The notes under the pieces were generated by a model. It saw nothing but the letters and a program-made list of their open reading frames with translations, was not told where the DNA came from and made no database searches. Positions 14,523 through 56,507 of a stretch of DNA of 64,000 bases are shown here, piece after piece. The stretch lies in NCBI RefSeq assembly GCF_026571515.1, contig NW_026865227.1, positions 186,001 through 250,000 on the forward strand, written 5' to 3'. The translations under genes were made by a program, and so were the position numbers. This DNA comes from Ruditapes philippinarum. Taxonomy: Eukaryota. How positions within the stretch are numbered: the stretch's first letter is position 1; every line of letters starts with the position of its first letter.

Positions 14523-17500
14523 ATATAAAAAGTTATATGTCAAAATATACACATCATAATATGCCCTTTCTAAAAATAAGAGCATATTGCAAGTTAAATC
14601 CAAACAACTAGACAAGAGAAAAACTGCAAAATACAAATATGTGTTACATAAGATTAAGGCAGGAAATGTTCCAAAATATGATGCTAAAAATAAAAGGCAA
14701 TTATTCATCTACATTTAATGTCTGAAATCGATATGCAAGACCATACAAACTGCTAAATATTCCTAATCAAGACCACGAGATTGATAAAACTGCTAAATAT
14801 AATAAATCAAAACGCAAGACTGTAATTAAACAGCTAAATATTTATTTTGCTTTCTGTTAAAATTTTGTTTATAGTTTGTTTTGCTGGATTGTAAGTCACA
14901 TCAACACTGTAAAGGTCATATGGCAATTTTTTCTGGCTTTACTGGTGGTCAAGAACTTTGCATGCCCATTTGTTTTGTGAGGACCATGTGATTTGAATTT
15001 GATTACCTCAGAGTCCCTTCTGTTAGATAAGGAAATTAAAATGAAATCTAGCAAGATTTTATGCAAATGAATATACGAAGTAACAAAATAAGGAAGAGAT
15101 AAACTAAGTATTTGAAAGTCTTAACTTTCAGATTTTAAATGTAGATGAGTATTGTACCAGTGGAATAGAGGTGGGTCACATTCTATAAATCCTCGCTTTT
15201 GATTGGTTGAATCTTAGCTGTTTTGTAGAAATTACCAATGAAATGGCCTTATTTTAAATTTTACAACTTTGAAAGCATGGTTTACTGAAAACCAGATATT
15301 TCCATGAGAACAAAATTTTGTAAAATCAAGAAATCTGACTATTTGACAAAGTTTCATATAAGAAAATTTCTATTTTTAGATTTGTTATATTTATATAAAA
15401 CTTTGTTACTTAGCAAACAATAATTTTTGTGAAAATTAAATCTCCTATCCCCAAAACTAAGTACATTTAATCCCTTGAGATAATTGCTGATTTTACAGTA
15501 ATAAAATGTTAAATACTACTAAAACTAACTTAATTTCATAAAACCTTGATGATTAAAAATCTTTAAATATTATGAACATACAGTAATTAATTAATAATGA
15601 TAACTAAATACAACTATTCATCTGTAATAAAGTAGTTTCATATAAAAATATAGTTCAATCTTTCTGATATATTTTTTTTACATTTTTCTTGAAATGGATA
15701 TGGTCAAAAAATGAATTTGAGTTTATATGTATTGAAATTGATAATGGTGTATTTGAGGGTATATTTTTAAAGCAATCATGTCAAAACATGCAGTCAGTTC
15801 CTATAAACTCTTTCTTGTTCAATACATGTATGTATAAACTATAAAACTTTCAACAGCTTCACACATCATTATTTTACATAAAATAAATCGCTGTATCTTC
15901 TTTTTGGTCATAAAAAGTGCCATGAATTTATGCTTCTACATCACAAAAAATTTGTAAACATTTAAGTGGACATAACTATTTATGTCAGATAAATTCCATT
16001 TGACTTTAGCCTTGCTAAGCATTTTTAATTCTACTTCATATATTATAATAACTCAACAGAAACTAAATGAAACAAAGAATTTATCAAATGTCATCTCAAA
16101 ACTAATATTGGCAACCAGTCTAAAATTCAAAAGCAACCACCAATCAGTTTAAAATAAAATACAACAATAACCAATCAGATGCAAGCATTTTTGAGACTGG
16201 TTTACAATTTTAGATTTTTGATAAACAATGGGCAAAGAAATGAAAATAAACATGAAAAATATATATATCAACATGCATTAATTAAACAAATTCTCACTAC
16301 TGTAGTCTAACTAATCTCCCTGATTGGAAAAAAAAGGTTCCTGCATTTAAAACCAGTCTGTCTCTATTTAGGTATATAACAAATCATTTTATTGAAAAAT
16401 ACAAAAAAATAAGTGTGAAAATGCATAAGTTAGACACAAAGTGAGCACAAGTGTGTGATATGTACAAATATAAACTTTTCACAGTAAACACTGAAAATAA
16501 CAATATGTACAGGATGTGTAAGGCCCTATTCACACAAATTTATCTTAAATCATTCTAAATCATGATTATTTTATACAATATCTGGAAAAAACGCAACATA
16601 CTGCAAAGTCCAATCCATTGATCCATGCATCAGGTATAAAAACAGCACTTTCCACCCGATCCCTTTCTTAAGTGAAGACTACCACATAAAATCAGTATTT
16701 TCAACCCCATCCCTTACTTGAGTCCTATTTAAATGACATTCCATTTTGTAATGCCAGACAAAATCTTACTCAATTTCAAAACTACTGAAATTTCAGAAAT
16801 GAATTCACTCTGCTCTTAATTTGGATGTGTCCATCTCTACATGTATATAGAAAAGAATTTAAAAAAAAAAATTACTAAAAAGTGAAATTTTAATGGTAAT
16901 CCTAATAACCTCAAAATGCAAACCATTACTGTATAACATTATTAAAACAAAACATGATAAATTTAAGTGTTATGTTACGGTTACTGTCTTGTAATTTATA
17001 TACTGAAAACTCTGTTCTTTTAAAATGATATAAAAGAATCATTACTAAGTAAAGTCTTCAATGATAAATGTAACATTAAATATAAGATTTCCATAAGTAA
17101 TAAATAACCTTAAACATTAGACCTTTAGAAAACTGAAAAATATAGGCCAGAAATCTACAAAATGTTCTAAATATATTAACTCATAACAAAATTTTCCTTA
17201 TTACTAAATTTGCTTAATAATTTAACTTGTACAAAATTAGCTAAATAATTCAAACCATAAAAATATTGTTAATGATTTAACATTTACCAAATTTGTTAAA
17301 AAAATTAATTTCGTCTAAAAAATGCTAAATAATGCATCATATACCAAATTTTCTAAATAATTTTTCTCACACATGTACCAATTTTTTCTCTCTAAGAAAT
17401 CTAACCCATACCAAATTTGCCAAACAATTTATTTAAGTTAGAAACAGAAAAAAGCCTTCATCTTTTAATGTACCCCAGATCAGGGTAGAGCATTACAAGA

Positions 17501-17695
17501 AAATAAAGTTTAATGAAATAGTGAAGTCACAAATAAATACCCAATGATTTTACAGCAGTTAGAATGTCGTTTTTTGCAATTAAAGTCTTTTATCAGTGAC
17601 CTTTACCCTGCTACAACCAGAAAGTGACTGGCCCTAGCCATCTTAATAAAGCCAGACCAGCCTACACAACTGTGCAATCTAACACAGCTCCATAC

Positions 17696-17812
17696 TGTTG
17701 GCTGAGTGACTTCAAATTTGTTGGCTGACCAACTTCAAATTTGTTGGCTGACCAACTTCAAATTTATCGGCTGACCAACTTTAAATTTGTTGGCTGACAA
17801 ACTTTAAAGTTG
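17696..17812. repeat. ~23-bp minisatellite x~5 inside a MITE
   Basis: ttgttggctgaccaacttcaaat repeated. Confidence 0.88.
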
Positions 17813-18824
17813 TTTTCATCTTCAACTTCAAATTTTCTGTCAAAAATGATAACGGACATTTTCAAAATTGAAGCTGGACATGACATTGTCCATTTAAGAG
17901 ATTCCAAAGGGTTAAGGATTAATTTCAAGAATGACAAAAATGATAGTCTTGCCTAAAGATAGGGCAGGCTGATTTTGCCCAGAATGAAAGATGGACATGT
18001 CCATTTAAGATATTTATACAGTTAATGGCAATGTAAGTAAGCAAATTGAAAGTTTAACATCCTCAGAATGTTTAAAACATGCTTATAAATATATACATTT
18101 GAAACAATGATATATTACATAACCTTTGGCAGTGTGTTTGCGAAATCAATTTTTTCCCAGTAACAATTATCTGTTCACTAATTATCAGCAATTTGTATCA
18201 TTTTATATTGTAGAAATAATATATATGTTGTCCAGACAATTAATAGCAGCTTACAAACAAACATGAGATTCAGCTTTAAACATCATATAAAAATATATAA
18301 CATAATAACTATGATTATATGTGTGCAGGAAGTATATTTCATGTGACACAGACATCGTAATGGTCAAATGACGGCCTCTGTAAATTACAGGTGGAGAATC
18401 TAAGATCGATGGCTGATATCCTTGTACAAATAGGAAAAGCCAATCTTTTAAAACCAGAGATGATTTCCTCATAGCTAGCCAAAGAGCTCCCTTATAGCTT
18501 ACATAATAACTATATAATAGCTAGGAGCATAACTCCTTAAAAGCTACCTGAAAAACTCCCTAATAGCTACCGGAATGGTCCTCAAATTGCTGTCTTGAAA
18601 GAATTTTCATTGCCAGCTAAGGAAAAATAATGAAAAAAGTGGGTTTTAAATCTGGAGCAGTGGAATTGTAACTATAAGCAGAGGGGTACAAGATCAGCCA
18701 GTCACAGAGGATATATAAATATAGTAACTTTTATGTAACTTTAAATATGCCAGTGAGTTATGAGCAATTATCCATGATGATAATGGTGATGATGACAATG
18801 ATGACAACAGTGATGATTTTCATT

Positions 18825-19040
18825 TTTGGTCATACCAACACTGTAAAGGTCATATGGCGACTTTCCAACTTTACTGAAGGAGGTAGATATCAGGGACTCC
18901 TCCATGCATTATTTCAGGCACAAACATAAGCTAGCTGGATAGCTTCTTCACATGAAAGAATTCAAAGTCTCTGTCAGAATTTGAGTCCACATCTATGACA
19001 GGCAACTAGTTTGAAGACAACTACCTTAACCAATCAGCCA
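18825..19040 (-). mobile_element. tRNA-derived SINE, family 1; other copies at ~14875-15010, ~22320-22675, ~30690-30920, ~31310-31460
   Basis: Shared ctgtaaaggtcatatggcgactttcca...atgcattatttcaggcac...agctagctggatagcttc; degenerate A/B boxes (ggttaagg, ggttcaaa) on the minus strand. Confidence 0.75.
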
Positions 19041-19421
19041 TGATATTGAGGATGATGATGATGAAAGTGATGATGAGAAGGATGTCTGGAAATTATCATT
19101 ATATTATGAAACATTAATCAAATATGTTTAAAAATACTTTATGAATTTTGAATTCAAGAAGCTGTAGATATGCTTGAAAAAAAGAAAATATTTGGGGATC
19201 ATTTATTTCTGTTCAATTTGATGCCCCAACTCGGTATACTTCACGTGAAAAACTTAACCCCATGAAAAACTAATGCATGTGGTCCCATTTTTTAGATAAA
19301 ACTTCCGTTTGAAAAAAAACATGACGTATACTACGTTTGACTTCACTTCTCAAACAATGATCAAATATTTATTAAAACATATTCTGATATATAATGTTCT
19401 AATTAAACATAGAATAATTTA

Positions 19422-19477
19422 CAGTCAAACCTGTTAAAAGACCACTTTCAAACATGGTCTACAGACAGATTTGACTG
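19422..19477. mobile_element. 56-bp Tc1/mariner-like mini-MITE
   Basis: TA-CAGTCAAACCTGT...ACAGATTTGACTG-TA. Confidence 0.65.
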
Positions 19478-19797
19478 TAAATATACATTGTTTATTTTCT
19501 ACACTAAGTACATCTACTCTTGGCAATGAAATATTTTTTTGTAAAAAAAAAAGGTGCATATAAATTTTCAATTGTCAAAGAACAAAACATATAAAACATC
19601 AACAAAAAAACAATCAAAACAAATATAGAAAAGAAAAACAATTTTTTTAAACATCACAAATTTCAGTTATCGAGCAGTTATCAAATTAACATAGATTTTC
19701 AATGTGTTTTATTTTTTCTACAATATTAGAATAAGTTTTACACAGTAAATATATATATATGTATATATTGCTGCGATATGAAGTTTTGTATTTTGTG

Positions 19798-47891
<28,094 letters not shown>

Positions 47892-48692
47892 GTCGTCGGA
47901 ATCTTGACTCTGATGGAAATGGCTATTTCTGAAAATATAAAAAAACGTTTTCCGTAAGATCAGAGATACTTTCGTTACTAAATATAGTTGCTAAATGCTG
48001 CAGAATTATGGTGTCTGTATCAAGGTCCTTTCATATACGGTAGCAAACACGATGTAAACTAATTTGACACCTGAAAAGGTATATACTATTAGGGTGAAAG
48101 CATCAAAATTATAGAAGTGAAAATTGTAAAATACATTATATAAACCAATTTAACTATATATACCAGTAAAAACTGATGATAAAAGGTTAAAATTTATCTA
48201 CAATACAAGCGATTCTTGCAGAGAAAAGAGTAATTAGCAACTTCATATGAACTTCAAATAAATGAAATAGCAATACAGCAAGTCTAAATATCCCCTTTAA
48301 CCCTTAACTTGCTAGCTTAGCCACTGATTTTCCACCCATGCGAGAAGTGAGGATCAAATCAGACATATCTTTTAGGCCATTAAGTCACATGATTCATATA
48401 TAAAAACTTCAGCAGTTTTATATCATTTTTAAAAAAAACCTCCTAAATCATCATGGGAAATAAAAGCATTGGTAAAAAAAAAACTGCATTAAACACAACA
48501 AAATTGTGTAAAATTTTGTTTATGAGGCTAGATCGTATACTTATATGCAAAAATATTTTCAGCCACAATTCTTATTTTTGCCAGGGAAAGAAAACAGTCT
48601 ACAATAAAAGAGTGACTTTAAGTAATTGGTTGGTCCACAATGCTAGTGCGATGGAAATAAATTATTTGGCTCAAAATCCAAGTGCATGTAAA

Positions 48693-49069
48693 TTAAAGGA
48701 ACTCCACTTAGGACTAAAACCCTAAAAATATATAATTTGAATTTCCTATATAGCTCAGCTGGGGCACTTAAAACAGAAAGAAAGAATTGATATGCAAAAG
48801 ATAGTAAAGTAATATACTTAAAAATAAATTGAAAATTATATGTTTGTCCTATTCCTCGCCCAATTTGAGTGAAAAGTATTGCAACACTTATCAATTTTGG
48901 GTCATTTTTCATACTAAGAATATTTATTATTCTGGAAAAATAGTCAGCAAATGATCTGTAATTTTTGTACACAAGTTTTTGGTCCAGACCTATATCAGAT
49001 GGAACATTAATCTTGAAAAATTATTTCCAGTCCCGTCATGTAAAAAAAACCTCAGTGCAGTCCCTTTAA
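48693..49069. mobile_element. Kolobok-like MITE, same family, opposite orientation
   Basis: TTAA-AGGAACTCCACT...AGTGCAGTCCCT-TTAA; tatttccagtcccgtca is the reverse complement of tgacgggactggaaata at ~25910. Confidence 0.72.
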
Positions 49070-51840
49070 AGCACTTGTTTATGTAGGCTTACATAACATA
49101 TCACATGTACCTGGTAAACCGGTACATATCATAAATAAATAAATTCCCTGATCAGGAATCACATCATGTCCCCCATATACATTAAAATTAATAACTGAAG
49201 CGGTATAAAGCCCTTTCAATCGTATTTGAAAATTATATTTTTCTCATATCGGATCCAGACACACATTTTAATATCTCAGTCATTATCTACATCGCTGATG
49301 TTTTAAAATGTCAGTTTTAAATATTTAATGCTGACTTGCAGTTATAGTTATTCAATGGCACTAAACGCCCTTTTAAAATGTTAGGGCTGGGTTATAAATA
49401 TAGGCTTCGTCTATTTTTTTCATTTCCAAAACAACATTGATTTTAATATTACTTTTTTGTCACAATTCCAGTTACGATGAAATCCAAACTTGGCTACCTT
49501 TTAATCTTAGTATGTACTAGGAACAGATTCTACCCGTTGCAGACTATAATCAGATGACACATGGTGACTGAACTGTTTGCTATTCAGTCATTACTTAAAA
49601 AATGATGAATGTTTTTGTCATTAATGAAAAAATTGACATCTATTGGTGATATTAAGACTGATTAAAGGCAATGTGTAACATAGTCCCAAATTCAAAGTAA
49701 AGGCCTGACCATGACTGCTGGCCACATGAAACAACTTAGTCTATGAATGTTTTGAGTATGTAGCAACAACATAATTTTATACTGTACAGAGAACAAAAAG
49801 TAATACGTCTAAAATCATTGTAACAGTTACCTGCCCCTTCCACGAGCTGACAACCTCTCTTTATACCTCGCGTACATCGAGAACAGTTCACTCTGTCAAA
49901 ATCCTAACTTGTCCCATATTGTATAATGTTTTAAAAGCAGACATGATGCATTTGAAAAATGTTCCTCAATCAATACGACTTCACAGACAAAACAATTTAT
50001 ATTGAAATAGTTTCCTTATTTTTCCTCAGAATCAGTATATATACTGGTGTTCACATGGAAATATGCTATGTCATTGCGTTCTTTTTCTCTATAATTTACC
50101 ACACTTCATTTTCATCAAAGAAATTAATTCCATTACATACTAATTTGTCTCTTTCCTCAAAGGCGAGTCTAAAATTTGTAAGCGTTGAAATATTAATCAT
50201 AATTGTATGATCTCATTGACTTTGAGGCATTATTATCCTGTATAAACGCGTAAAACATATGTTGGACACATGTTACGCAATTATGTCATGTACAAAATAT
50301 TGAATAACTGCATTTTACTGGATTGTACATTATCCACCTATTAACTTCCCTTAATTGGTTACAGGAATTAGTTTAAAAAAATTTCCATTGTAAGATTATT
50401 TTCTAGATAAGCGAATAAAGTTAAAAAAAAACTTTCTAAAAAAACCCTCAGTGGAACCTTTATGTATAAGGTTAATCTTATCATTACTGTAGTTTTGCTG
50501 AACACCGGTTATAAGGTTACCCTGATTAAAAAGATCAATTATTGATTATTGCATGGTTTAAACATATTTATTGAAACTTGACTGCAAAACAAGCTCTTGA
50601 AACTTATATAAATCACTTTCAAGTCCACTTCCTGGAGCCAACCAGTACTGGTGTCATATGAAGAAACATGGTCGTGACCCCATTAATTAGTCCCTGGCCT
50701 ACGAGGCAGACACCTTAACCATGATGCCACCATTGCCCTTGTTATTGCATGTACTATATGATAAAATTATCAATTCAGTTAGAAAGTTTTCAATGCACGT
50801 GTAAAAGATATTCTGACCTGGTTGACTATATAATAATGATAAGTAATACATCAATATTTCTATGACAATTGCGTGCTTTGAGCACTTCAGTTCCATTTTT
50901 TAATTGAATAAATACCAATAATTGAATTTTATTATTACATTTTCTTTGATCTTTATCAATTGTAACATTTAATGTTTTAACAATAATCTGTTTGTTATCC
51001 AATTTCAGCGAGATGATTATTTAAATGACCCACTTTTTAGCTTGTGGGCACATCAACTCAAAATAACTGAATAAAATACCAGTAACTGAATTACATAATT
51101 ATTTTCCCTTTGATTTTAATCAAATGCAGCAGTAAAATATTTTTAAACCATTAACTGTTTGTTTTTTTCCTGATAAACCGGAACTAAATATCCATCGTAA
51201 GAATTTAAATCCATTATTTAATTCACTAACGTTACATTTACACAATTTCCATAACTTGTACATATATCAGATTACTCCAGCAAGTTGTTATATAGTGTAT
51301 TTCTTTCCTCCATTTAAACAACTCCACTAAATACTACAATAAAGGTCACAATACTTTAGATTTAGGTCATATATTGATAATATTTAAATTGACTATTCAG
51401 GCCATACCAAAAATGATAGAAAAATTGTACAACATAATGATCTGTAACCTATATCATAATCCAATGGGTTTTATTATTTACTGTACACTAAGGTTATTAA
51501 ATAGAACAAGTTTTACGCTTTTGTTAAATGATCAAAAGGACAGATTGCAAACCACTTCATAATGGTCTCAGCAATTATCAGATACTTCAATAAAAAAAGT
51601 TCAATTCAGAGCATTAAAGGTGAAAGGTGTTATTTAAATTTTAAGTCAATAATATATCAACCGAAAATTTCAATCAAAATATTTACTGTTACTATTCAAC
51701 TACATGTGTGTATAATAGCTCCCAGTGTTTAACCGAACCGTTCTTTTGTATAAGGACAAAACTAAAATACTTTATAAAATCTACACATATATAAAGGGGG
51801 TATAATTATCTGTTATCAACAAATGACAAGACAAATATAC

Positions 51841-51848
51841 CTTAACAT
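51841..51848 (-). CDS. Candidate upstream start exon of CaMKK (ATG TTA AG|gtatat)
   Basis: aaaaaaATGTTAAG|gtatat; phase 2 joins the 47928 acceptor in frame to give MLRNSHFHQSQDSDDMRTKK; no transcript evidence. Confidence 0.3.
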
Positions 51849-53834
51849 TTTTTTGCGTGAATGTTGTAAATCTAAAAATCCAAATATTTAGGTGAGTATA
51901 TAATTCCCTGCTCTCCACCCACTTTTTCCACACTCAAAAAATCCAATTTTTTCCCTTAACTAAAAAAAGCAACAAACAAAGAAACAGCAAAAACTTAATT
52001 TGCAAACTAATCATACAAAATTTTAGAACTTGTAAAATTTAACATCTTCACTCTAGGCTTAAATGAGGATATTGTAAAACATCTCTTAAAGGTTCAATGA
52101 TTTTCTTCACCGTTTCTCATTACGGTAGTTCATCATTTTTTTTACTGTTCACCATTATATGACTCAAAAGTAACCCCTCAAAAAATAAACCTTACTGCAC
52201 ATCCGTCTTAAGTGCAAATAAATCATCCTTTAATATTTTGATATTTATATATCTTATTTATATCTATTAACATTATAGCGGTAGTACACATTATAATCCA
52301 CATGTATATCACAGCACAAGATATCACGTTAATAAATTAGTTTCACGCTCATGTTTATTAATTTCCTTGTTTAAATTATATACAAATAATCTTGTAGGCA
52401 GTAAAAATCCTTGACTTTTGAAAACGATATCTTTAAAATCAGTCATTTATTGGCATAAGAAAATATCAATCGAGGCTGTTAAAGTAAATATAAACATATT
52501 TGGTATATAATAATCAATGTACTGTGGTAGCTAGATTGAAAGTTATAAACTTTATAGAAATAGTTTTGACCTCGATTATAAGTCAGTGGGTTTAACAGTT
52601 TAAATTAAAGTGCCGATAGATCAGGAAAAAAAGCTTTTTTCTTCCTAATCTTATGATATCCAATACAAAATTATAATGGCTCTGGAATGTTAAAATATCT
52701 TTAAAGGTTGTTTTTTTTATTATTATAGAAATAATGATAAGAAAATAATAAGATAAACTGTATCTTTACAGTCATTAAGATTGTGAAGGTTTAATAGACA
52801 TTGGCCAGATCTAAAAACAAATATTTGGGTTTTGTTGGTCTAAATAAATCTTAACTGTAAATTGGTATAGATTTTTGTAAAATTAAACTACTGAGACCAA
52901 AGTTGTTAATATATATTTGTTAAGTTTTTACCCTGACCCTCCTGTAAAAATATAATGGACTTGCCCTGCTTTTAATTTGGAACACTCTATTTCTAAGTTA
53001 AAGGGTTTTCATAAAGTATCAAAAAATAAGGTATTAAAAACTATGTAGCCAACTCAGTTATTATAAAGAGTTTGTTTTAGACTATCAGTACTCATTATTG
53101 AAGGCTGGCCCGACATAGAATTTTTTTTATGTCCTCATTATGTATTTGGCCCAATTTGAATTTGGAATAGTTCATTTTAAGCTCAAGGGATTACAATGTT
53201 AAAATAAAAAAATAGAGCTATCAACAATAAAGACAGGACCGAATGTATATGCTCGCCTGTCCTGGCCTAATGATACTCAGGTGGCAAAGGCTAATAACTC
53301 CAACAGGATATGTGTTAACATTAACATGTGACTGCAGCTCATATTTTTAGTCCTCATAATTAATTATTTTTTTTATTAAGCGTGAATATTGAAAATGAAT
53401 ATTGAAATATTTAACTAAAAATTAAACATTTACTGATGATGTAAATATCTCACAGTACGGTAGCCTAATTCAAACAAAGCTGGGTTTTCACTAGATTATC
53501 GATGACTTACATGAAAAATAACATACATGAAATACATCACTGTAAAGAAAAAACACAAACCAAAAACAAAACAAAATTCACTACTTTTACTACCATAAAA
53601 TTGTTACAGAAGTCCTTTCCATGTCTTTAAGTCACTTCAAATTTGCCTCATTTCAGACTGTTAATTAAGTCTGAAGGGAAGTGGTAGCCTGGCCATTCAG
53701 CAGGAAAATTTGTCATATGGACCTTAACATTGCTGTCAGTGACTTTCCATGACTTTTTTTGTATAAATAAAAAGCATCTCTAAAATATGACACTAATGTA
53801 TCATTTACACAATCAATAAAACTAGTTTTAAAAT

Positions 53835-54071
53835 TGAGCCGTGTCATGACAAAACCAACATAATGGGTTTGCGACCAGCATGGATCCAGACCAGCCTGCG
53901 CATCCACACAGTCTGATTAGGATCCATGCCGTTCGCTATCACTTTCTTTACTTGTTATAGGGTCTGTAAGCGAACAGCATGAATCCTGATCAGACTGTGC
54001 AGATGCGCAGGCTGGTCTGGATCCATGCTGGTCACAAACGCATTATGTTGGTTTTGTCGTGACGCGGCTCA
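53835..54071. mobile_element. MITE, TGAGCC family, copy 2 (opposite orientation)
   Basis: Same TIRs, 237 bp. Confidence 0.88.
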
Positions 54072-54324
54072 AATGTTTCATACTTGATATTATCACATTT
54101 ACAGCCAAATTACAGAATGATATAACATTTAGGAAGCTGATAGACAAATTGTACATTGAGCAGGTTTGTAGCTACAAACAATAAGAAAGCAATTCATATT
54201 AAGTTATGATATCAATTACCATAAAATAATAAAGATCCATTTCTATTTCACAAAAGTGAATATTGTCCTATTTCTCAAAGAATCAAAAGCTCTATTAATA
54301 GAAATTAAAAAACATTTAAACTGA

Positions 54325-54785
54325 AATTCAACTGAGCAAACAATTGTAAAATAAAACTTAACTGAGCAAGCAACCTTAAACTATTAAGCTCAACTGAACA
54401 AACAACTTCAAACTTGTTTAAAAGCTCAATTGAGCAAACAACCTCAAGCTCAAAGAAACAAATATAAACCTTAAATTTAATCATAGCCGAGCAAACAACC
54501 TTTAACTATAGCACATCTGAGCAACAACTTTAAACTACAGCATTACTGAGAAATCATCCTTAACCTAAAACATAATTTAGGACACAACCTTCAACTCAAG
54601 CTCAACTGAACAAACAACATTAAACTAAAGCTCAATTGAACAAACAACCATTAACTGAAGTTCAATTAAACATAACAGAACAGATTGTTCAGTTCTGTAA
54701 AGTTCAATTCAACAAGTAACTGTTAACTATAGCTCAATTGGACATATTTTCTAAGCAACCTTTTAATTAAAACATAACTGAACAG
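54325..54785. repeat. Degenerate ~30-bp tandem repeat
   Basis: ctcaactgagcaaacaaccttaaactaaag variants. Confidence 0.75.
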
Positions 54786-55557
54786 GAGTAGGTATGAAAT
54801 CAGCCTACAAAAAAGTAGACATAACATCAGCCTACAAGAGAATATATGATATCTGCCTACAAGAGTAGATATGATATCTGCCTACAAGAGAAGATATGAT
54901 ATCTGCCTATAAGAGTAGATATGATATCTGCCTATAAGAGTAGATATGATATCTGCCTACAAGAGTAGATATGATATCTGCCTACAAGAGTAGATATGAT
55001 ATCTGCCTACAAGAGTAGATATGATATCAGCCTATAAGAGTAGATATGATATCTGCCTATAAGAGTAGATATGATATCAGCCTATAAGAGTAGATATGAT
55101 ATCTGCCTATAAGAGTAGATATGATATCAGCCTACAAGAGTAGATATGATATCTGCCTATAAGAGTAGATATGATATCTGCCTACAAGAGTAGATATGAT
55201 ATCAGCCTATAAGAGTAGATATGATATCTGCCTACAAGAGTAGATATGATATTTGCCTATAAGAGTTGATATGATATCTTCCTATACAAGAGTAGATATG
55301 ATATCTTCCTACAAGAGAATATATGATATCTGCCTATAAGAGTAGATATGATATCTGCCTACAAGAGTAGATATGATATCTGCCTACAAGAGTAGATATG
55401 ATATCTGCCTACAAGAGTAGATATGATATCTGCCTACAAGAGTAGATATGATATCTGGCTATAAGAGTAGATATGATATCTGCCTATAAGAGTAGATATG
55501 ATATCTGCCTACAGGAGAAGGTATGGCATCAGCCTACAAGGGAAGGTATGGCATCAG
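54786..55557. repeat. 25-bp minisatellite, ~30 copies
   Basis: aagagtagatatgatatc(t/a)gccta(c/t) head-to-tail with no spacers. Confidence 0.96.
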
Positions 55558-56271
55558 TTGTCTATTTAGTAAAACTCAAATTATTCAATACAAATTTCAA
55601 ACCAACCTTTTTTTGTTTCGCTGGTAAAATCCTGTCTCACACTGACACTTTATTTGATCCCTGTATGCTCTTACTTCCAACATTGTTATACAATATATTA
55701 AATATTATTACAGAAAATCTTTAAATAAAAGTTAAATCCTTTTAAAACATTTATCAATTGACAGTCACAAATTTCAAAAATCTACATAACAGATGAAATA
55801 ACGTATGTCTTTACTGCTCTAGAATAAGCTTCAATAAAAATGAAAAATATTAATCAGTAAAACTCCTTCAGTGTCTTTCCTTTAATTCAGCTTTAAATTT
55901 CCAACAAAACGTCTTCTAAGTGGAATTTAAAATATTTCCACTAAATCGCACGACCACAGGAAAACACCACTTAAAGAAATACAATACAACATTATAGCAT
56001 ATGTTCATCCAATGAACAACAGTTTAGTGAATCCTACCGGTGATATTACTTGAATGATTTTCAATAATTGTAAATTTATACTTATACAATAAAAGCTCGG
56101 TTTTCAATTCTAGAAATGATTTGATATTATTAAAGTGTATAAAGTTAGTATATATTTGCTGCCTGTGGACTGTAAAATAACTAAAATTATTGTTTATATA
56201 ATGATTAAATAATGCTTAAAGAATAACCTAGGATGAAAGCAATTTGTCAGGCAAATGGGGTGTGCTTGAAA

Positions 56272-56507
56272 TGAGCCACGTCACGTCAAAACCAACATAA
56301 TTGGTTTGTGACCAGCATGGATCCAGACCAACCTGCGCATCTGCGCAGTCTGCTCAGGATCCATGCTGTTTGCTTACCAATTCTATTACAAGTAGAGAAC
56401 TAATAGCGAACAGCATGGATCCTGATCAGACTGCGCGGATGGGCAGGCTGGTCTGGATCCATGCTGGTCGCAAACCCATTATGTTGGTTTTGTTGTGATG
56501 CGGCTCA
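56272..56507. mobile_element. MITE, TGAGCC family, copy 3
   Basis: Same TIRs, 236 bp. Confidence 0.88.

Larger units (their letters stand above)
12420..19797 (-). other. Putative very long CaMKK 3'UTR
   Basis: Sustained A/C excess on the plus strand (U/G-rich on the sense strand); minus-strand AATAAA at 12504-12509 and ATTAAA at 12422-12427 near where the skew ends. Confidence 0.45.

Noticed and set aside
18251-18472. Possible alternative CaMKK terminal exon
   Set aside because: The acceptor is weak (tacaag), there is no similarity to CaMKK tails, and 19837-19798 already gives a good in-phase ending.
54786-55557. Possible CRISPR array (25-bp repeats)
   Set aside because: Units are contiguous with no unique spacers, there are no cas genes, and the context is eukaryotic. 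The same applies to the 21-, 22-, 24- and 40-bp arrays.
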